The translations under genes were made by a program, and so were the position numbers. Below the pieces are notes generated by a model. It saw only the letters and a program-made list of their open reading frames with translations. It searched no databases and was not told where the DNA came from. Positions 57,018 through 64,000 of a stretch of DNA of 64,000 nt are shown one piece after another; the stretch's first letter is position 1; each line of letters begins with the position of its first letter. The stretch is from Synergistales bacterium (GTDB taxonomy: Bacteria > Synergistota > Synergistia > Synergistales > JAFGMB01): the NCBI GenBank assembly GCA_963666205.1, contig OY762654.1, positions 1,280,001 through 1,344,000 on the forward strand, written 5' to 3'.

Positions 57018-57398
57018 TTATTCTTCCGATCCCGGGTAAGAGTAGTCATCTCCTTTTGTGGGTACTATGCATATGAAGACCAGATCCTCATCACCACTGT
57101 TGCTAAAATTGTGATCCACATTCGGAGGTACATAGGCATAGTCTCCCTTCACCAGTTCGACCTTTACACCGTCAATATCCCCGGTGGATTTCCCATTAAG
57201 AAAGATCACGTAGTGGGGCCAGTCATGGCTGTGGAAGGGACTTGCGACACCGGGCTTCACCGTGAATACCCTCATTACATGATCATCCCAGAACTTACCC
57301 GGGCCGAAGACCACTCTTTTGGTGATCTGATCTCCCTCTCCAGCATTAAGCATGGGCAGCTCTTCTATTTTCCCACAGTAGGGTTTGGAAATTGTCAT
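57018..57398 (-). CDS. Cupin domain protein
   Basis: HSHDWPH...G.....PPNVDH metal-binding cupin motifs. Confidence 0.9.
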   Translation of the reverse strand: MTISKPYCGKIEELPMLNAGEGDQITKRVVFGPGKFWDDHVMRVFTVKPGVASPFHSHDWPHYVIFLNGKSTGDIDGVKVELVKGDYAYVPPNVDHNFSNSGDEDLVFICIVPTKGDDYSYPGSEE

Positions 57399-57539
57399 TT
57401 ACAGGATAACCTCCCTTGTCAGATATATTTCATTACCATTATACAAAAAGGCTGTGAGAACATGAAAATAATACCCTTCATGCAGACGTTTTATTACCGG
57501 GGCTACAATTCCATAGAATTTGAAAACTGCGGTAATAAC

Positions 57540-58337
57540 TCAATATTTGTCCCTTGATCTCCAGGCCGTCTCCAGATTCTGCTCCATCCCCCAGGAGAAC
57601 ATGAGTTTGTCCGTATTGACGATAAGAGACTGGCATCCTCTTCCGAACCAGTGATCAGAGAGCTCTGCCACCTTTTTAAGGTCAGGATTGAATATATTAG
57701 GCATCAGAGCAACGCCCCTGGATGCGGCTAGATCTATCATCTCTCCGAATTTTTCCATTACCAGGGGATGTTCCACCTGGCCTCCTACACCAAGAGATAC
57801 GGAGAGGTCAAAGGGACCCATCATTATCACATCAATATGAGGAACACCTATTATTTCCTCAAAATTTTCAACGCCCTCCTGGCCTTCAACAAGGATAACG
57901 CTGACCAGATCTTCGTTGGAATGTTCAGCATGTTTTTCCCAGTCCCGGGCAACATGGCCCGCTGCCCTGACAAAGGGACAGGCTCCCCGGTTCCCCAGGG
58001 GCGGATATTTCGAGGCACTCACCGCCTCCTCTGCATCTTGTCTGCAGAGGACACCAGGATACACAAAACCCGCGGCGCCTGTATCGAGGGCTTTCATGAC
58101 AAGGGAGGGATCCTTTCGGGATACCCTGATAAAGGGGATAAGATCAACGGCATCGGCTGCCCTTACAAGGTTTTCTGACGTTTCAATGCCAAAATACGAA
58201 TGTTCAGTATCAATAACGGCAAAATCAAAACCAGCCAGCCCCACCATTTCCACCACTTCGGGACTACCTATCTGGATCCAGGTACCGATAAGTCTTTTAC
58301 CCTTTCTGATCTCCTCTTTAAAAAGTCTTTTCTGCAT
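57540..58337 (-). CDS. HpcH/HpaI class II pyruvate aldolase family protein
   Basis: GFD..ID.EH, R, LD.GA, YPP.G.RG, GP.DLS.S; start ATG 58337. Confidence 0.9.
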   Translation of the reverse strand: MQKRLFKEEIRKGKRLIGTWIQIGSPEVVEMVGLAGFDFAVIDTEHSYFGIETSENLVRAADAVDLIPFIRVSRKDPSLVMKALDTGAAGFVYPGVLCRQDAEEAVSASKYPPLGNRGACPFVRAAGHVARDWEKHAEHSNEDLVSVILVEGQEGVENFEEIIGVPHIDVIMMGPFDLSVSLGVGGQVEHPLVMEKFGEMIDLAASRGVALMPNIFNPDLKKVAELSDHWFGRGCQSLIVNTDKLMFSWGMEQNLETAWRSRDKY

Positions 58338-58464
58338 GAACTCTCCTCCTCTACAAAATAATGACTCCGGGTTAAAACATTTCCGGCCCAAGGCGTGCAT
58401 ATAAATTTATAGAACAAACCAGAATGTGATCGGACAAAACCGGGAAAATATTGTCGGGATCCCC

Positions 58465-59139
58465 TCAGATCATAAGTGCTCTTCCATTATCCCGCAGCCA
58501 TTTCTGATGGATCCTGTAGTCCGGGATTACGGCTCCCACCCTGTTCCAGAATTTTTTTGAATGATTGAGCTCTTTCAGGTGCGTAAGCTCATGGACCACT
58601 ACGTAGTCAATTACCTCAAGGGGAGCCATTACCAGCCTCCAGGCGAAATTGATACTGCCCCTGCTGCTGCAGGAACCCCATCTTTTTGAAGCATTGGATA
58701 TCTTCACCGAAAGGGGTTTCAGCCCTGTCATGTTTGAATAATGGTGACATCTTTCCCCGATTTTTTCCATTGCCCTCTCGCGGTACCAGTGGATAAGTAC
58801 ATCCCTGGCCGGGGTTTTTCCACAGCATATCACAAGGTTATCCGTGATTTGCACATCTATCCCCATCTTATCCCCAAATAAAAGTGGATAACTTCTGCCA
58901 AGATACAAGAAAGCCTCTCCCTGAATAAATTTCTTTACAGGAACAGGCTTTCTATTTTTCACTTCTTGGATCTTTTTCCTGATCCAGCCTGTTTTTTTAC
59001 GGACAACATCCCTGATACAGCACTCTGAAACATGAAGGGGAGCCCTTATCACAAGCCTGGCTTCATCAGTTACTGCAAGGGATATGCTTTTCCGTTCTGA
59101 ACGAATAATGCTTTCGATTTCTATATTGCAGGGATTCAT
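58465..59139 (-). CDS. YgjP/DUF45 (SprT-like) zinc metallohydrolase
   Basis: RWGSC, IDYVVVHELTH, NHS..FW. Confidence 0.9.
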   Translation of the reverse strand: MNPCNIEIESIIRSERKSISLAVTDEARLVIRAPLHVSECCIRDVVRKKTGWIRKKIQEVKNRKPVPVKKFIQGEAFLYLGRSYPLLFGDKMGIDVQITDNLVICCGKTPARDVLIHWYRERAMEKIGERCHHYSNMTGLKPLSVKISNASKRWGSCSSRGSINFAWRLVMAPLEVIDYVVVHELTHLKELNHSKKFWNRVGAVIPDYRIHQKWLRDNGRALMI

Positions 59140-59278
59140 CTAAATACCTCCAGCCTGGATGAAAGTTCACTTTCTTGAAGGCAGGAAAACGATTACCCTC
59201 AAGAGGTATCCGTCTCAGGATCATTATGTCCCTTTCCGGCTCCAGAAAAAAGACCTTCAATGCAATTTCAGAACTTCC

Positions 59279-60214
59279 TCATGAAACGAGGTTAAATATG
59301 TAGCCCAGGTAACAGGTCAGAAGAAAGGTTCCCTCCCTCCGGCTCAGATAACTCCTTGAAAATGAAAGTGAAATTGCCGTAATGGATATTATTATCATGA
59401 TAATGATATCAGACCTTACCATCCCCGCCATGAAGTCCAGCTTTCCGAATATGGAACATATCCCCGGAACAACAAGCACATTGAAAATATTTGATCCGAT
59501 GATATTACCCAGGCAGAGATCTCCTCTTTTTCTAAGAGCCGCGATCAGACTGGTCACGAGCTCAGGAAGGCTTGTTCCCACAGCAACAAGGGTCAGACCC
59601 ATAAGGTGTTCCGAAACTCCCAGAAGAGCGGCTATTCTGATAGCTGAATTGACAAGAAGTTCAGCGCCAAGGGGAAGCAGGCATATTCCTGTCACTATTC
59701 CAGCGATGGAAGGGATAAGACTTTTCAGATCCATACCAGTCTGTGATCTTCTTCCTTCTGAATTCAGAGTACTGTTTGACCTTAAGAGGTAGAAGGTATA
59801 AAGAAAGAAGAGACCCAGAAGGAGGAGGCCTTCCCAGGTATCTATATGCCCTGTAAACATTACAAGACCTGCAAAAGTACTTGCCGTACCAAGAAAGAGA
59901 AAATCCTTCCAGTTCTTTCTGAAATCTGTGGCAAAGGGACTGATCATAGCCGATAAGGCAAGGATAAGACCTATGTTTGTGATATTCGATCCCAGTACAT
60001 TGCCTATTACCAGACCGGAAGAACCTTTCAGCATAGCAATAAGGGACGAAACCAGTTCAGGGGCAGAAGTCCCGAAAGCTACAATGGTAAGCCCGATGAA
60101 AAGGTCCGAAAGGCCTGTTTTCTGCCCCAGGGCGGAAGCATATTTGACAAGTATCTCTCCTCCTGCATAAAGAAGAATGATCCCTGCACATCCCATGATA
60201 AAGAACATTAACAT
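59279..60214 (-). CDS. Ca2+/Na+ antiporter (CaCA, YrbG-like)
   Basis: Two alpha repeats: GTSAPE..GN.LGSN and GTSLPE..GNIIGSN. Confidence 0.93.
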   Translation of the reverse strand: MLMFFIMGCAGIILLYAGGEILVKYASALGQKTGLSDLFIGLTIVAFGTSAPELVSSLIAMLKGSSGLVIGNVLGSNITNIGLILALSAMISPFATDFRKNWKDFLFLGTASTFAGLVMFTGHIDTWEGLLLLGLFFLYTFYLLRSNSTLNSEGRRSQTGMDLKSLIPSIAGIVTGICLLPLGAELLVNSAIRIAALLGVSEHLMGLTLVAVGTSLPELVTSLIAALRKRGDLCLGNIIGSNIFNVLVVPGICSIFGKLDFMAGMVRSDIIIMIIISITAISLSFSRSYLSRREGTFLLTCYLGYIFNLVS

Positions 60215-60243
60215 TACGGGTACCTCCTGTGGTTTATCCCAAT

Positions 60244-60370
60244 AAAAAAGACCTTCAGCATGGCCACCGCCATACCGAAGGTCTCGCTAATCAGCTTTTA
60301 AGCTAACGGCAGGACCAGGTGCTGCGCACCAGGTTGTTGACCCTGCCCTGTGAAGCTACTCCCCTTCAGG
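60244..60370 (-). ncRNA. yybP-ykoY manganese riboswitch with overlapping terminator
   Basis: Minus strand: GAAGGGGAGTAGC..GGCAGGGTCAACAACC..CCTGGTCCTGCC..GCGAGACCTTC, then terminator AGACCTTCGGTATGGC..GCCATGCTGAAGGTCTTTTTT; promoter TTGACT-N16-TAGAAT at 60417-60390. Confidence 0.93.
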
Positions 60371-60436
60371 AATATTATTTTCTCTGGAAATTCTAACCTG
60401 CATAAATAAAAAGTCAATACCTGCCCATGGATCAGA

Positions 60437-61225
60437 TCATATATCCAGAAGAAATTCTTTCACTATTGAAAGGAAATGCTCCGGATCCTGAAACATAAGC
60501 CCGTGACCTGCTCCCTCCATAATCGTTAGTTTCGCTCCGGGTATCCTGGAGACCATAAATTCCGAGTTCTCATGAGGGGTAAGGATATCCCTGTCTCCAG
60601 AGATCAGAAGAGTTGCAGATGGAAGACATTCAAGCCGGTCCCTGCTCCCCTTCCATCGGGATATGGCATCTTCCTGGCCTGCCAGGGTTTCTCCAGGGAT
60701 CTCCCCCATGGGACGCCAGAAAATATCCCTGATCCTTTCATAGTGCTTCTCGATCCATTCTCGCGGGAAAAGGGCCTCTATCCAGCGTGTGCCCCTCTCC
60801 TCCGGACTTCCGGACCGATCCTGAAGTCTTGCGATAACTTCAGGATCGGGTGGGAACATATCCCCGTCACAGAATGTCGAATAAAGAACCAGTCCTGCCA
60901 CCGACTCGGGGTGGTTCAAAGCCAGTTCCTGGGCTACCAGAGATCCCATGGACCAGCCCAGAATATGGGCCTTCCCTATTCCAAGGGCCTGGATAAGACC
61001 ATAGGTATCATCAGCAAACTGAGAAATGGAAAAAGGGACAAGACCCATTTCAGTCTCCCCTGTTCCGCGATTATCAAAGGTTATGACCCTGAAATCTTCT
61101 GCCAGTTTATCAATTGTCCCTGGCTCCCACAGGTTCCGGGTTGAACCGTAACCCATTATCATGATGAGGGGCACGCCCTCCCCGATCCCGGAATAACCCA
61201 TTGTCATATCTTCAACCTTTATCAA
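60437..61225 (-). CDS. Alpha/beta hydrolase
   Basis: DNRG.G, GWSMG, G..D, GHG. Confidence 0.92.
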   Translation of the reverse strand: MIKVEDMTMGYSGIGEGVPLIMIMGYGSTRNLWEPGTIDKLAEDFRVITFDNRGTGETEMGLVPFSISQFADDTYGLIQALGIGKAHILGWSMGSLVAQELALNHPESVAGLVLYSTFCDGDMFPPDPEVIARLQDRSGSPEERGTRWIEALFPREWIEKHYERIRDIFWRPMGEIPGETLAGQEDAISRWKGSRDRLECLPSATLLISGDRDILTPHENSEFMVSRIPGAKLTIMEGAGHGLMFQDPEHFLSIVKEFLLDI

Positions 61226-61282
61226 CAGCTACACTCTCCTGTCATTAATTCAGGAAAAAGGAATTCATTCTTTCTCAGGATC

Positions 61283-63253
61283 TCAAGGCATCATAACCTG
61301 TCTGCAATCCTGGATTGTGAAGACCTGATGAGCTTCCTCGTAGTTTTCATACTTGTAGTCTCCCGGGCCGCCACTCGGTCTGTCAGGATACCATGTTTCA
61401 TAAATACCCGATAACACAAGAACCTTTGCCGGCATTAGATATCGGGTCCAGAATCGCTGCATTCCAGCATAATAATCATGATCCTCAAATTTATTTTCCA
61501 TGTTCTCTTCAAGATAGACCGGGAGGGTTACGGTTTGCCCGGGTCTGATCGACGGGACATGGAAAAAGGCCTCATGGAAAAGGTCCTCATCCCAGTTACC
61601 ATCCTTTACTGTTACCCGTATCTTCCCGGTAACCTGGTTCGTCGGGACAGATTCGGGGTTGGTTATCTTCAGTTCCATATAGGCCGGCCTGTAATAGTAA
61701 TCAGGGTCCGGTTTAAAGAAGGCATTCATGTCGCCTCCTCCGTTCGCCTCCCTTCTCATTTCATCCACAAAAGCATTGACTCCCTTTTCTGCTGCTTCCG
61801 TGGCGAGCATGGGATCTACCCCTGCGCCAATGGCCTGTTCGGCAGCCACAGCCACAAGATATTCCACCCCCATATCGGTAAGTTCATCGAAATTGGGAAT
61901 GCCCGGCGGCACCCCTATGGCAGCCATACCTATGTTCAGACCCATTTCAAAAGCACCCCTGAACCGTTCTCCTGCCACAGAACAGGCTGCATCTATTGCA
62001 GCGTTCTTTATATTTTCATAGGTCCTGGAGGCCCAGTTCACTGCATCCACGGCCCAACTTACAACGTCCGAGAAGAAATCACCCACGGATTCGAGAAAGC
62101 TTTTATCCTCCTGTCTTGGTCTCAGATTGAACTTATCGCCCTTTCGGATCAACGGTTCTCCTCCAAAGGGATTCGGTATATCTCTTATCGCTATCACATG
62201 ATACATTGCATCCGTTGCCTGGTTCTGTATCGGGAGATACCTTTCAACCCTGATCTGTGGATGAAGGGCCTCCGGTTTCTCAAAGGCATCGGGTTCCACC
62301 TTTATGCTGCCGTCATATATGGGATCTCCATAGAGGATCCTTACCGGTTCGCAAGGAATACCTGCAGGCTGCCCGTCTGGACCCAGGGTTACCAAGCGAA
62401 CGAAATAGTTCATGTTAAGAGAAGAAAAACCCTTATCCTGTTTCAGGTTTATCTTTGGATCTATCTTGATCTTTGGAGCTGTCTTGATCTTTAACCCTGT
62501 AACTGCAGGCTGTTCCTTGGAAACAACCTGGGGAATGCTCTTTTTAATGCTTATCTGTTTCACAGGCTGAAGGTTGGACGGTTTCTGATCTGACAGTGTT
62601 TTTATCTTCAAAACTTTCGATGGAGGCCTCGGGGCAAAACTGGAGAAATCGACCAGGAAAACTTTTGGATATTTACCATTCTGCACATTCTGCAGAACAG
62701 CGGGGCCGCTGGCAACAAGGCCGGGAGGGTTTTCCCATAATGCATTATCCGGAGGAAAACGCATGGTCGAAACCTGCCATACAGCAGAAGTTACTCCGGT
62801 TTCGGTACTGTTCCAGCAGAACTTTACATTAAGGTTCTCTTTAAAATTCCAATCCACCTGCGAAGCCTTCAGGAAGTTGTGGAACTCCCCGCTGTCCTTC
62901 TGAACAGCCAGATCTGTTTTACTCACCTGACTTAATGAAAAGGGGACCCTGCGAATAAGATCAACGTTAGATACAAGCTTCAGACCCTTGACAGCCAGCT
63001 TTTTTTCAGGCACAGGCAATTGTTGAGGAACTGTTTCTTTTTCTGAAAAGAAAAGCTGATGGTAAACAGAAACCTGGGCACAGGCAGGCTTTATGCTGAA
63101 AACCGGTAATAAAAAAAGCAGGAAAAGCGAAAACAGTAGAAGATATCTGTAGATGATCGGGTTTGGATCATCGTCAACAAATACATTACTCTTTTTTCCA
63201 GGGGTACCATTCATTGTTCCCATCTCCCTCTTCTGTCTTTTCTCTGATACCAA
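61283..63253 (-). CDS. Large exported hypothetical protein
   Basis: 656-aa ORF with an N-terminal hydrophobic segment ending in ACA and a Lys/Pro-rich linker; start uncertain (63253, 63223 or 63214). Confidence 0.75.
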   Translation of the reverse strand: MVSEKRQKREMGTMNGTPGKKSNVFVDDDPNPIIYRYLLLFSLFLLFLLPVFSIKPACAQVSVYHQLFFSEKETVPQQLPVPEKKLAVKGLKLVSNVDLIRRVPFSLSQVSKTDLAVQKDSGEFHNFLKASQVDWNFKENLNVKFCWNSTETGVTSAVWQVSTMRFPPDNALWENPPGLVASGPAVLQNVQNGKYPKVFLVDFSSFAPRPPSKVLKIKTLSDQKPSNLQPVKQISIKKSIPQVVSKEQPAVTGLKIKTAPKIKIDPKINLKQDKGFSSLNMNYFVRLVTLGPDGQPAGIPCEPVRILYGDPIYDGSIKVEPDAFEKPEALHPQIRVERYLPIQNQATDAMYHVIAIRDIPNPFGGEPLIRKGDKFNLRPRQEDKSFLESVGDFFSDVVSWAVDAVNWASRTYENIKNAAIDAACSVAGERFRGAFEMGLNIGMAAIGVPPGIPNFDELTDMGVEYLVAVAAEQAIGAGVDPMLATEAAEKGVNAFVDEMRREANGGGDMNAFFKPDPDYYYRPAYMELKITNPESVPTNQVTGKIRVTVKDGNWDEDLFHEAFFHVPSIRPGQTVTLPVYLEENMENKFEDHDYYAGMQRFWTRYLMPAKVLVLSGIYETWYPDRPSGGPGDYKYENYEEAHQVFTIQDCRQVMMP

Positions 63254-63405
63254 CTGCTATTTCATTATATTGAAATAATACACGGAAAGATATATTGAAC
63301 AGACATGGATAGACAAAAGGTCCATCTCTTCTACCTCTTCAGGAGAGGGTGCTGACATTGTCGGAAATTATTTTTCCCTTCCCGAATGGCTTCCGGTCTC
63401 AAGGT

Positions 63406-64000
63406 TCAGAAACCCCTCTTCTGTCCCTTCCATGGGGGGGGATCTCCCCTGCGGAACTCATCCACCCCTGGCCCCCCAAGGACCCTGAGTCTCCATATGC
63501 CATATAAGTAGCTTATGACCAGGAGCATCAGAGTGGAAGGCCATCCGGAAATTAAAGAAAAAAGAGATACAAAAACAATATTTTCAGACCCGGCAACGGA
63601 AAACTGCAACAGGGCACGGATCCCGAAGAATAAGGCCCATACAATGGTAACCTCTGTATAGGCAGGACGAACTGCCGGATGCCAGTACCAGGCAAGGGGA
63701 TAATGACGGGCAAAATAACTGGTCCATGCCACCATGGGTTTTCGAGCCACCAGGCTCAGAATACAGATGATGGAAATGATACCGTTTGACCCAATGGAGG
63801 GCAGAAGAACCGATCCTGCTTTTCCGCTCCTGATAACAGCGAGAATGGCCATTCCGAGGAGGACGAGCCCTCCAAGTGAATAGAGCTTCCTCCTTCGTCT
63901 TAAAATGTCAGTGAGCGTAAAGGCCATTCCCGTTAGAAAGGATATAACAGCAGCAGACCTGAGTCCCCAGATGTGGTTCAGAAAAAGGAACAAAAAAATG
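63406..64000 (-). CDS. DUF3159-like membrane protein, 5' end outside the window
   Basis: Reading frame is open to the window edge; S...RKP, AY...T..W..F..R...Q, GWP pattern. Confidence 0.65.
   Translation of the reverse strand, partial: IFLFLFLNHIWGLRSAAVISFLTGMAFTLTDILRRRRKLYSLGGLVLLGMAILAVIRSGKAGSVLLPSIGSNGIISIICILSLVARKPMVAWTSYFARHYPLAWYWHPAVRPAYTEVTIVWALFFGIRALLQFSVAGSENIVFVSLFSLISGWPSTLMLLVISYLYGIWRLRVLGGPGVDEFRRGDPPPWKGQKRGF

Noticed and set aside
58465-59139. ygjP-like gene as a marker of a defence island
   Set aside because: No hsdRMS or other defence genes are adjacent.
61478-62494. 338-aa plus-strand ORF
   Set aside because: Nested antisense in the 656-aa gene; His/Ile/Phe-rich composition typical of reverse-frame ORFs.
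1-64000. Selenocysteine/pyrrolysine readthrough or programmed frameshifts
   Set aside because: The recognised proteins appear full length, and I noticed no split gene needing recoding; not checked exhaustively.

Overview
Bacterial chromosomal window, most likely from a Synergistota anaerobe. The basis is a Synerg-CTERM-type SGGGCN+hydrophobic+KK sorting tail on the 4644-6854 protein and the density of TRAP/TAXI/TTT transporters. I saw no rRNA, tRNA, CRISPR array, integrase or transposase. It is a densely packed catabolic and transport region of about 55 genes, mostly on the minus strand. Main content: (1) regulators, a MoaD-C-terminal-like GG protein and a 3-kb islet bounded by a direct repeat, carrying a beta-helix surface protein; (2) two separate opine-dehydrogenase modules, one sharing a FadR-type operator with a TRAP transporter and an enolase-family epimerase; (3) a Mo/W ABC transporter under a Moco-class riboswitch that lacks P3 (Tuco-like), with a Fur-like box; (4) a TAXI transporter with two amidohydrolases; (5) a beta-PGM/OtsB fusion plus a GH65 phosphorylase, possibly OtsA-independent trehalose synthesis; (6) a ~21-kb sugar-acid catabolic cluster including a LarA-family nickel-pincer epimerase; (7) a yybP-ykoY Mn2+ riboswitch upstream of a Ca2+/Na+ antiporter-family gene. 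All family calls come from motif recognition by eye; no database search was run.
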